A DNA stretch of 64,000 nucleotides, taken from positions 558,001 through 622,000 of the forward strand of contig OZ004614.1 of NCBI GenBank assembly GCA_963924565.1. The letters run 5' to 3'. The notes below the pieces were generated by a model. That model had not been told where the DNA came from. It worked only from the letters and a program-made list of their open reading frames with translations, and did no database searches. A program made the position numbers and the translations under genes. How positions within the stretch are numbered: the stretch's first letter is position 1; each line of letters starts with the position of its first letter. The DNA is from Ascidiella aspersa. Its lineage: Eukaryota. Shown here piece after piece: positions 1 to 12,400 of this stretch.

Positions 1-650
1 TTCCCTGGGGACAAGATCGTACACGAAGCCGGTTCCGTTCCTCCAAAATAATCCTTTGACGCTAGGTCGTCTTTAAGGTCGCACGCTGCCGGTGCGGGGA
101 ATGTGAAGGAATTCTGGGCTGTTCGTACGAGAGGATCTTCCCGGGGGCCGTTGAAAGGGCGATGTATCTTCTTCGGAGAGAGACGATTGACTGTCGTCTC
201 TATAATTGTCGAGATATTTAGTCCGTTTTTTTCTGAGACTTGCCTGCTTTTGATTGCAATGTTCTGTCTTCAGATATCTTCCGAAGAACAAGGAGGTCAC
301 CAGTGAAGCGTAGAGGGATAGTTGGGAGCTATAAGAAGGCTGCTGACCCTATAGACGAGGGCCGACGGCTGCCTAAGTCTCTTACAAGTTCTTAATCCGA
401 CTCCAAAGGAGCAGGCCGCTAGAATACCTGTCCTTAACTTCTTGTACTCTAAGCAAAGACAATCCACTCAGTAGATAGTTGCTCTTAGAGTATATTCACA
501 AATCTCAGAAATACAGCGATAAACAGAGCGGTGATTCAAGCCGCTAATCAGTAAGACGTATAAAGTAGAATGAATTGTCAAATGCGGAAAAGCAATTCGC
601 TAGGTGCGGCGGTCACACGTCAGTGGACAATGATCACGTGTATAGTGACG
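1..650 (-). mobile_element. Possible 5' end (5'UTR/ORF1 remnant) of a non-LTR retroelement, truncated by the window edge
   Basis: GC-richer and compositionally distinct from the flanking AT-rich DNA. A minus-strand CACTGACGTGTGACCGC near 610-626 resembles the GACGTG internal-promoter motif of LINE 5' ends. No recognisable protein motif. Confidence 0.25.
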
Positions 651-1739
651 TAAAAGTAGGCTATATGCTACAGATAATCACATTTAAATAAACCTAAGTT
701 GATTTAAAAAAAAAAGTCAATTATATAGGGAAAACAGTACATTTTTAGTGAATATTGATAAAAAAAATGCAAAATGATTTGCAAACGCGCACATTGCTTA
801 TATACTCGATATCTAGACCACCTTTGTGTAAAAAAATGCGGTTCAGTAAAAAACGCTCAACAATTGTCACGTTGAATGAATTTACTGTTGCTGCCAGGTT
901 GTTGTTATTCCGGCAATATCTTTTATTAAATACTTTCGATAAGCTATACAGGACATCTTCATGAGGGCAATAATGTTGGCCGAAAAATATATAAAGAAGT
1001 CAAACAATTAAGAAAAACAGAATGGAACATATTCTTTTTCACCAGTGGTAAAACCAAATGCTCAAGTTTTCTGCTTTAAAATTAAATGCCAGCCAAAAGG
1101 TTAAGATTTAACAGTTTAATACCCGCTCTGTGGTTTGTGGACGTGTATAGGGTTTCGATGCGGCAATGTGCTGGGATTTAATGAGATAAGCCGCGCAAAG
1201 AAGGGACAAGAGTTGGTCTGAGTGCGCAATTATCGCTGGAACAATGCTTAGCGCGTCGCTTGCCATACACAGCATTGTAACTGATATCTGTAGCTGTGGC
1301 TTTATATACGAGGGTGAGGTGAGTTGGCAACACCTGGACTCACATAATGTTGTCTGTCTGGTTTTGCGTTACATAGTGTAGGAAACTAATAATGCAGAAA
1401 AATCAAAAGTTTGAAGCGGTAGTTTAAGAAACGTTGAGCAAAATACAAGAAAGTGTGGCTATGAGAAACAGTGCTTTGTAGTAAATTTGTGTGCATTTTT
1501 TTTGTTTTTGTCGAAAGACAGAGAGAGTAGCGGTGAAAGTTAGCCGAACCGGTCTTCAACCTTATCGAACGGTAACCTTTGGTTTCTACGGTTACACCTT
1601 TTAGACGTCGTTATGACGTAATTTTGTGACGTAATCTGTGAAAATTTTCATGCGTTCGGGGAGATTATTTACTTTTACCCTCGTGTATAACAGGAATTGA
1701 AACCTATGAACCGCCACCAACACCCGCAGTGCCCTGAGC

Positions 1740-2102
1740 CAGGGGTTCCCAAACTGTGGTCCGCGGACCATTGGTGGTGACGACTGCGCATGTGGTCCGT
1801 GGCTATATGATAAAAAATTAACTGTCACACATATACGTTGTACAGTGGGCTACGTAGTACGTACCCTTTCAATAATTGCCGCACCTGTTCACAACTCGAA
1901 GATTTCGAAATATTTTGCTATACACTATCGTAAATCTTACTTGTTGCGCGAAAATTAGTGAGTAAAAAGTTGTTGTAAGGCTGAGCTGACAAACGAAGTG
2001 AAGTTACAGAATAATTTAACTGTGTAGGTAATAACATTGCGGTCCGCGAAAAAAAAACTCACAAATAGTGGTCCGTGGTCCAAAAAAGTTTGGGAAACCC
2101 TG
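1740..2102. mobile_element. hAT (Charlie-type) MITE
   Basis: TIRs CAGGGGTTCCCAAACT / AGTTTGGGAAACCCTG; 8-bp TSD CCCTGAGC (1732-1739) / CCCTAAGC (2103-2110); subterminal GGTCCGC motifs. Confidence 0.85.
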
Positions 2103-2274
2103 CCCTAAGCAAATAAAAGTGATTTAATGTGTAACTATAAAATAACGCTTTTGATATTAAAATGGTGAAATAAAAACTTGCAAAAAAATCTTGAGGGCAA
2201 ACAACCTTGTTTCGTTTTGACGTTGTTATGATTATTCAATATTGAACTAGCTTTTCTATAGCAATGTTTTAAAC

Positions 2275-2563
2275 AAGTGTTTCTCAGCCGCCGGTCCGCA
2301 TCAACTTTCCTGCCGGTCTACTTTGACTTTATCAAACGTGACTTTGCTGCAAGTGCCAGTGTTGCGCCCAACCGTTTAAAAGTGGGCTGCAGCTCGTTAA
2401 AGTCTTAACATTTAAGTCCAGTTGTATACAAAAGCTAAAGAGACTTTAGTTAAATACTTCTGTCGTAATTACATTTTGGTTAGATTTTTTTGATGGTCCA
2501 CCGGTCCGCAAAATTTGTTCTGAAATTTTACCGGCCCGTAAGCTAAAAATTTGAGAACCACTG
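2275..2563. mobile_element. hAT MITE
   Basis: Degenerate TIRs AAGTGTTTCTCAG / TTGAGAACCACTG; TSD TTTTAAAC / CTTTAAAC; CCGGTCCGC subterminal motifs. Confidence 0.7.
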
Positions 2564-2881
2564 CTTTAAACTATTATATTTTTTTATACGTGCCGGTTCT
2601 TTGTCAGGTCGGTTGACTTATTTAAAGTGGAATTTTTGGCGATTATATTTTACTAAAGTATGGGGTTCTTAACTGGGGTCCGTGGAGTAGTTTTTAGCGG
2701 TCCGTAAAGGCCTAGTTGTAAGTATTAAAATATTATTTAAATTGTGGAATAAATATTTGGAAAAAAACGCTTTTGTGCCTTCTCCCTTGAGTGAGGTTCG
2801 AACTCACGACTTCCTGTGATAGCAGGTTAAATACGTAAAGCTGTGATCGTTGTTTGAAAAGCAGCTTCAGAAGGGCTGGAC

Positions 2882-3215
2882 CAGGGGTTCTTGAACTTAT
2901 TTTACCGCGGTCCCCTAACATTTTTTTGGCTTCGCGTGGACCGCGATAGGCAAAAATTTCAAAAAATGACGTCATAAATTGACGTCACATTACAAATAAA
3001 CTTCATAAATCTGTTGATTTCGTTCTAAAAACTGTGAAAGTGATATGAAGTTTTAATACAGTCAGTGCAAAACCGTTTGGTTTTTAATTAAACTGCTTTC
3101 TTTGAAAAATGACTTTTTAAGTATACACTAGTTCTTTAATTACGCCTTCATGAACCCCCTAAAACTAGTTCACGGACCCCCAAGGGGTCCATGGACCCCA
3201 TTTTAAGAACCCCTG
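2882..3215. mobile_element. hAT MITE
   Basis: TIRs CAGGGGTTCTT / AAGAACCCCTG; 8-bp TSD GGCTGGAC / GGCTAGAC. Confidence 0.85.
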
Positions 3216-3405
3216 GGCTAGACGCTAGATCTCAGTTGTTAATAAACACATATGTTTGACTTGTGTATGTATCTTTCATTGAAGTATAATCAATCAGGTT
3301 CAAAATTGCCGAAAAGGTTTGTATTTATTCACTAACACCTGTTGTGTCTTGTTGTGTTGTCGCTATTCTTGTGTTACAAGTTAAAAGGGCCACCTGAAGT
3401 GTAGA

Positions 3406-6400
3406 ATGCCTTCAGCAGGGATCCACACTTACCTGGTGTCCATTTACATCGCAATCATCACCACGCATTGTCTCGCAAACGCAGGTTCGCTACAAACCAT
3501 TGTTAAAAGTGCTTGCTGTTTATAATTCGCCATCGAAATACATACTATTGTGTCTGTTATTTATAAATGGCATTAAAATAAGCGTTTTTATAAAAAATAT
3601 GATGTGATTTGCAAATGTGTGTTTATCGACCAAAATTTAAAAATTCGAAGTAAAATTTGAACTTTAAGCGTTAATAAGTTTGTTGCAAGAAATAAGCTTA
3701 ACCCAAAACAGAAACATCCACCTAACGTGCTCTATGCACAAACTAAGATCTATTTAGTAATTTCATTTGCAAGTTTAGGAAAAAAGTATCTGCGCAAACC
3801 GTAATGGATGACGTCATAACCCCAGAAAAATGGTTGTAAAAAATAAGCAAAGTTTAGGTAAGCGAGTAGGTTTTTGGGAGAGTATAATTAAAAAATTTAA
3901 TTATAAAAACATTTGTCCAATGAAGGTTTCTGCAATGGCATCTTCTACACCTGCTTAACCAAAGGAAGCTTAATGAGCATATTTCCTTGTATAGATCGCC
4001 GACACATTATTGCATTATGCCTGGTTGTAACATTTTATATTTTCTTTTAGTTCCGACTTCAGAAAGACTTTGCGCAACAGAAGATGGAAAACATGAGAAG
4101 TTGTTCAGCATCTTTGAAAACTCGCCAAATGGGACGTAAGTTGAAATGTTTATGAGGCAACCTGTGTCGGAAACAAGTTATTATTGGAGCAAGTCAATTT
4201 CAACTCAATGGCGTTGACTTTCTCTAAGAATGACTCGGAATAAATTAACTAACCTAATTTTATTGAAAAATTCATTGATGATTAACTTCATTTCAACCCA
4301 AATAATTTTGTCCAAATACTTAAGTCAAGTGAAGTCATTGACTTAAGTCATTTACAATGGAAACAAACTTTTTGTAATGCAGCAATAAACGGCGTTTATA
4401 AGTTTTGTTAGAAAGGGACAATAAAATAACTAGAAATCTAAGCAACATGAATTTCTCGGAAACGTGTTTAAAACTTCAAATAACTGAAATTATTTAAATT
4501 GTGTCGCTTAAATTTTTAAAGATACTAACGCTGTGCAATGTCAGTACTAAAGTTAAACCAAATAACGTTGCTTGTTTTGTGTTATTAATTCCAAGCTTGG
4601 CACAATAGTTTACGTTTTGCAAACGTGCATCACAACCACCCACATGGAGTTGCAGTGGATTAGAAGTAATTAAAGTCTTTAAATGGTACAACTTTAATCA
4701 GCTTTACAACTAATTAATCTAGGATATTAAATTATAAGATTATGTAGAACTCGTTACTATGGCCATTGACCAGACTATATAAACCTAATCTTTGAAGATA
4801 CCCGGATATTCAGAGAAAAAGCGTGATTATGGCACTAAAAAAATTAAACAAATAAATATATTAAACCAAACATAGGTAAAATTATAAAAATCAAAATATA
4901 CAGATTTGCAAACGTGGAGGCCCCTACTGGAAAGACACAGATAGATTTTTGATTCCATTGCTTATATAGTAACTTTTTTCTATATTTAACGTCATGAGAA
5001 GAGAAAATAAGTCGACAGGAAAATTTTTTCGCCCATACTTGTTTCAAACAATAAGCTTTTAGTTAAAATTTTGTAAAATCACTTTTAACAAAGGACTGTA
5101 GATAAAACGAACGCTAATATCTCAATAGGTTCCCGGTATTTTTATGGAAAAATAAACCGCACTAATTATATTGTTTTAATTTGCTAGCTTGCCCAAAAAA
5201 TGTTTAAATTTAATAATGTCTTTTATTGCATCCCTTGGGTTACGAAAGTTGTGAGCCGTGTGTTTTAATATGCTGCTACCACTGCGTTAATGAAATCCAT
5301 GTCTACTTAATTTCAATGGGTCTCACTTTGCAGCGCCATATTAAGAGTATGGCTTGAAAGAAGAGACACTTGTAACAATACTAATGTAGTTAAACCTTGT
5401 TGAAATTGATCCAGTTTGTTCAAGTACCATAAGGCCTCTCAGAATATCACGTCTCTCACGTTTAGCTTTTGTACATTCTTTCCAACTTTAAAGCTATTGA
5501 GATATGTTTTTACTTTACAAAACAGAGTTAAATGATTCAGAGTAGCTTATAATATAGCCATTTATATTTGAATGCATTTTACGTGAACTTTAGATAAAAT
5601 TAATCTCATTTTCACTCAAAATATTCGTTTGACACTTTAAACCTAAGGGGCCATGAGCCTTTTTCAAGGGGTCATGAAAAAAATTGAAAAATAAAATTTA
5701 TTTCAGTATATTTTCTACTCCACTAAAACAAAAAACTTAAATTAAAATTTAATGAGCTCTTAAAGCCGCAAGAAGAGATAGCAACCCGATTGAGCTTTGG
5801 GAAAGATAGTTTGACCGCATTTTGGGCAAAACTTAGCAATTCATATCCTAAGCCTAATGAGATGGTCATGCCATGCTGTTGCCTTTCCCATCAACATATC
5901 GTTGTGAATGTGGGTTTTCAACAATGTTACTTCTGAAGACAAATCAGCGCAGTGTGTTGGATGTTCAATGTGACACGCGGCCACCGAACTAGCAATTAAG
6001 ACAAAAGGTTGGGAACCCCTGCTTTAAACCATGGTATTAGGCTTCCACCCATAGGTGTAATTTAAATCACTATGATTTCGATTCTTTATTGAGGCGGTGA
6101 ATTTAACTCATTTGTATATTCAAAAAAAAACTGAAATTCTCACAAAATCAGGTTCGAAAAATGCGATGATTTCCTTAAAAAAAAAATTCCATTTCATTAC
6201 TTTTAGTGATTTACGCGAAAAATGATTAATATTACAGTGTAGCAGATTATTTATCTTCCTTGCCGTACACTTTATATGATTGCACCGACCCGGACAGATT
6301 GTCTTTTTCGTTTCGCTCTCTTCCTGTGCTTTGTGTATTTGTCATTTTTATACTGAACACAAAACTACAGCAAACGTCTAACTTTAATCGTTTATTTCAA

Positions 6401-9400
6401 TTTCCATAAAGTATAAAATGCGGTGATTTGAGAAACAAAAGCTTTTCCTAAAACTTTACTGAATTGAAAACCCACAATTAAACCGTGAATAACTTCGGTT
6501 TAAAGAGATTTGACAGCCCCAAAAATTTAGTAATAATAAAATACTGAAATAAAAAACTTCACCCATTGCCAAACCATTGTTTAAACCGGGTCTTTTATGA
6601 CGTCATACACACGCTATTGTTTTCAGAGTGATCGGATCATTGGACGTTATCGGAAAGGCTTCGTCGGATGAGAGGAACGTAAACCTACGTGTAGTGCCCA
6701 CTGGGGGTCGCTGTGGCGCTGCGGATTGCGAGGATTGGATCGCCTTTGACCTTGCAACGCAAACTTTGACCTTGAGACTGCCGCAAGGTCAACATCTGGA
6801 CAGGGACGTGAGTCGTGAATTTTTGCTTTTAGAAATTGTTAAAGACTCGAGCGAGCGACGACTAGGGCGCGTTCATTATTTCGTACTCGTTTGAAGTTTA
6901 GGGAATTATTTTTTTGCTTATAACTTGAATGCAAATTTTTAAAATTACAACCGATTTGAACAAAATTGCAGATCTTTTGCCGGCTGGGATTAATCAAATA
7001 ATGATAAAACAAGGATCACGTAACAATAAACGAACTAAAAATTATTTTTGCTTATCATAGCATTCTATAACACCCATATGGGGTTATTTACGAAAAGAAA
7101 CCACTATGTGATTTACTGTTGGTCGCGTATTCCCAAGGTGGTAAGTTCGAATCCCACTGAAGCGCCAGACCTGCTGTATTACCAAACCGTATATTTTACC
7201 AATACTATTACGCGATGCCATTGTTTATAACAATCGAGCATTGATTAGGGCGAGGACGGAATCGACACCATAGAAATCACAATCGCTTGTTCTCCGCTTA
7301 CGTCATCAGAGCCTTTTGACGTCAACGTTTTGGTGACGATTAAAGTTGAAGATGTAAACGACAACGAACCGGAGTTTGTAGGGGAGCCTTACCACGTGCA
7401 AGTAAATGAGGTCAGTAATCTCAAGACAAACTAATAATGACAAAGTAGTATGGCTTTTACTAGTGTATACTGATCACCTTATATCCTTGCGTTTTGATTT
7501 TTAATTTAAACTTACCAAGTGCAAATGAATGAGGTCTGTTTAATCTCAAAACTAACCAACAATGACAAAACGCTATGGTTTGCCAGCCGTTCTAATTTTT
7601 GTTTCTACATTTTGCAGACATATAAAAGTACCATTGAAAAAAATCTGAATTTTTTCCTAGAATTTTAATGAGCACATCTATAATTGATATTTGTCGTGTG
7701 ATAAGTGAGTTACTTATTTAGTTGCTTTGGTACTACAGGAGATTAAAATATTTCAAATTGAAAAATATCTAAAAAATCGATATGTCTAACCGTATGCTTA
7801 TCACCTTATATCCCTGCGTTGTGATTTTCTTTTCATTTTGAACCACACGTGTAAGTTAGGTTAAAGGAATGTTATGGCGGTCTATATAGTCTGGCCATTT
7901 TATACCTATATTCTGTTACCAAATTTTAGTTAGATCTGCCTTTTGTAGAATTTGTGCAATTTTGCCGGATTAAAATATTTTAGGAGCACTAATAGGGGTT
8001 TAATTGTTTCAGCTCGCTCAAGTTGGATCAGCTGTTCTTACCGTCGCTGCAACTGACCGTGACCAGTCGCCTCATCTGGCATATAGCATCGTTCCTGACA
8101 GGGTAAGTGTGTCTAGAAAGGGATTTATATTTAGAATATTTCTTCATTTTGCTGTCGTTTTTAATTAAGATTTATTGCAAATATATGAGACAAAGTTGAT
8201 AAATCCATAGCGTTATAAACGAATGGCTTAATAGGTGTGCCATTTTTAATGACTTAATGTTCAATTTCATCACTTATAAGGAAAAAAATTGGTAGAGTTT
8301 ACATTTTTTGAACTATAATTATTTTAACGACTTGTTTATAGATTTTTGGAGCTAAAATGAACAAGATTTACTCGAAACGTAAATGTTACATTTGATATGT
8401 TGTTTACATTTGATATGTCAAACCGAAATGATGTGCAAATTTTCGTTAACGTCTTGTATTTTGGAGAATAATGGCTGGAGGTTGTAGTAAGACGTAATAA
8501 GAATATCAAAGCCCATACAGAAGTAGGAAGCATTTTGAACGTTTTGAATAACTCTTTATTCATTTTTAACATTCAAAGCCATTTGATATTTTTGGCTTTA
8601 AATTTATTATCAGGTTAAAAAAAATAAAAAATGATATAAATAAAATGTTTAATGTTTCCCACGATCAGAAGTGGTCTTCCTACTTCGATATTGCTCGAGC
8701 CATGGAGGGGAGAATCACTCTGAGGCGGAGGTTGGACTTCGAGGAGGTTGTTAGGAATAATGGGAGCAGCTTGGTGATCTTCCAGGTGGAGGTTGAGAAC
8801 AGAGGGAGGAACGGGAGCCAGGTGGTTGTCAGGAGGAAGAAGACGAACATCACGGTAGGAAGAAAATTTACGAAAGTCGGACTATAACTGAATGTGTGGA
8901 ATAAGAAATCTCTCCTCGCCCTTACACGTAAATGACGACAATGACTTGGGAGCAAAACTTCTTTAGGCTTTCATGTCCTTATTAAAGTTAAGCATTTATA
9001 AGTTCTCACTCGCCTTAATGAGGATTTTTATGCAAGCAAGGCCATGCTGTTCGAACTCACTGAGTGTGAGGTTCGAACTCACGACCAAATTCGAACCTCA
9101 CTGTAGGCTAGTTTTGCAAAGAAGATGCAGCAGGCAACGGTGCTATTTTTTTCAAATTTCTATGTTTTGTAAAGCACAACTCTTCCCCACAGGTTCAAGT
9201 TACTGACGGAGACGACCACCCGCCGAGGTTCGAACCCTGTACCCCAGTATCCGGAGCGTGCTTGGATGTGCGATATAAGGCGGTCGTACAACAAGGAACC
9301 ATGGTTTGTAGATATATTAGATGTGCTATAGCTAGTACATTGTCTCGATAGTCAAATGTTGGATTTTAACACCAAGGTCTTTGGATTAAATATCAATTCT

Positions 9401-12400
9401 TTTAATGTTTAATTATTACTGAATACTATTAAACAGACTATAGGCCATCCTCAGGCGAACAACTAGGATTATTTGTAAGCCGTAACATGTTTTTTAAAGA
9501 CGTCACAAAGTTACGTATAAACATGACGTCATAAATAGCTTACCCCCAAAACACCACACAATCAGTTTATTTTGTTTAAGATTGAAAAGGTGTTACTTGT
9601 ATGCTATCGATTAGCGCAAAGCTAGAAATCATTTAAGTTGCTACATACATATTCGAGTGCGCGTTACATATACATCATAATACAAAGCACGCGTCACCAT
9701 ACATTGCACTAGCATGTATACAAGTGTGTAAAGTAGTGAGAGATGTTGTTCTCCTTCCACGGCCGCCAGCTCAGCTCGTAGACGCGCTGTTGCAGAGATT
9801 ATGGACTTTAACGCAATTTTGTTAACCTTTATATTTGACAACCCCCAAAAATTTAATGCCGAAGTATTGCTGCTCATTTGGAAATTTCTTACGGAACCAG
9901 GTCGATCTACTTTTTGTCTACCTCACAATTTTCCTGTGCTGCCTTGTAAACAACTTTATTTTTTCGCTGTTTGAGGTTGGTAAAATACAGCTAATCGTTC
10001 TATAACTTGTATTCTTTTATCTAGAGCAGTGAAGAAATTATCTTGAAGCCCGCTCAATTATTTGCCTTCGATCCTGATTCGCAAATTTCTCAACCAATCA
10101 GATACTCTCTAATCGGGGGTTCCCCTGATACCTACAACTTGTACTTTTCCATAGCGCCATCTAGCGGTCAATTATTTCTTAAGCAAGCGCTCCCTAACGC
10201 CACCCTGTGTCCGACCTACACACTTCACGTTATGGTGAGAACTTCTACTGTAGACGTAATATATAACGTTTAAGTATCACTGTTAAAAATGATTATTATT
10301 TTTTCTTTACAAGAAACTCCACTGAACCTAATCTTGTTGAGATTTATGTGCACATAAGTATAGCTGATCAAAGCTAATAAAACACTGGTATTTACAGCAA
10401 ATGTTTCGGTCGAAAAACTAGTTTATTACACTGAACCTAATTTTACATACACAGCAAATGTCAACTATTTTTATTTTCAATTTTTGTCAATTACCGACTT
10501 TGTTTCATTCATTAAAAACAGTTGACTAATACAGCATTGATTTAGTGATATAGCGAATTAGTAAATTTTGTGGTAAATTTTACTCCTAAAGACATTAAAA
10601 CTAACTACTGTAGGTAGGTTCAAATTACCACCTTCATATTCAACCACACTTAAGTGTGACAAGGAATTAGCATTAGCTATTTATTGTGTGTTTACGCAGG
10701 CGAGTCAGCTTGACAATCCTGACATGAACAACGTGGCTGAGGTAGAGGTCAAAGTCACCAGAGCCGCATTTGACCTTCAAAAACCCGTGATTGCACAACA
10801 GGGGGAATCCCCCCTGCCATGGTAAGACATCAGAGATAAGTTTGTCAAATGAAGTGACTTTTGGGCGCTAATGTTACATTCGATTAAAAATAGAAAATCT
10901 GATTTTTAAAGAGAATAAAGCCACACTTATTTTTGTTGTGCGAAGCATTTTGCAAATTAAATAATTTTCTCTATAATTGAAATGAAAAACGGGAAATTTT
11001 GTTGGTCTGCAGTTCTACAACTTCCTAATATTATATGAAAAACGTTGTTTTGGTGGAAAATCGGTTATTATTCATCCAGACTGTTCTGTAGTGAACAAAA
11101 AGTTAAACTTATTTATATTATTAAAACAAAACGTAGTTAGCAGCAAACTATTATATTTTTTTTTATTTTTTCGCAGTTTCCTTGACGATTCTTACAGCAG
11201 CGAAATATCGACTGTGACGTCACAAGGCAAAGCGCTCGTCCTCCGAGTGATCGACGAGGATTACCCCGGGATAAAGCAACCCGAGTTCAAGTTCACCCTC
11301 ACCCCTAATAACGGGGAATTTTTCGTGACAAAGAGGGGCGTGGTTGGGGCCGACTTGCGGAAGCTTCGGGAAAGTGGGAAAAGCGATTATGACGTCACAG
11401 TAAGTTCGCGCGTATTTTCAGTTGTCGTATCTTTCATTTTTTTTCGTTTTCTGATGAATCGCGAGAAAAAAATTTTTTAACACATTTTAAGGCAGTATTA
11501 TTAGCACTACTTTTTCAGGCTGTCGTGACGTAATACGTCTGGAGTGACGTAATTAGCCTGTTGTGACGTAAAAGCATTAATGAAACTGCCGAGAATGGGG
11601 CATTTGGAAAACTTTTGTTAAAACATATTTGGAAAATATTTTCGACTGTCACGCTTTAGTTTTTTAACGTTTACAACACAAGTGAATTAAACTCGCATCG
11701 CGTTTGTCTACTGTTACGTCATAAAGGTGATAGCTGAGAACGATGACGCAGCTAACGATTCAAATCGCTACAGCGAACCCATGATTCTGCATGTCCAAGT
11801 TTCAACGAACGAGGGAAAGGCGGGTAAGATGAAACTAACAATATAAATGACTTGTCCGATAGTAAGGGATCGGATCAAAAAACGATACTAAGTTGCAGTA
11901 TAGGTACTTGTCCGGTACTTGGAATATAAGATTTTCAGCCATGTTTTGCAATCCAATCAGTTATTTATATCTTGAGGGGTAGGTTTATTAAAAAATAGAA
12001 TTGGTCGCTTTATAAGGAATCTTTCTTGCACGATACGTCAGTAGCATCCTGATGAAGATGTTCTGTACAGCACGTCGAAACGTCGATTGTTTATGTAATA
12101 CTGCTTGTGAGCAACACTTTGTAAACAGCTGAAGGAAACTAAACTTCATAAGTGAAGCAAGCTGTGACCCAAACTCCCATTTAAACGTTTCTATTCCGTC
12201 GATTTTGTTTGGTGACCTTAGTAATGACGTCATTTGGTATCGAACCGGATCGCGATATTTTTTAAGTATCTGTATCGGAATAAAATGTCAAGTATCGGAC
12301 TTTTCTCATTCTGTGGACAAAATATTTTTTGAACTTAAAGTTAAAAACCTGTCATAACGAAGTTGTTGAAAACATAACCCTTGAGATAATAAAGTAGATA

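Noticed and set aside
8336-8572. Similar ORFs containing LPTSVWALIFLLRLT at 8.4, 26.3 and 28.4 kb suggesting a peptide family
   Set aside because: They are translations of the dispersed 90-bp non-coding repeat.
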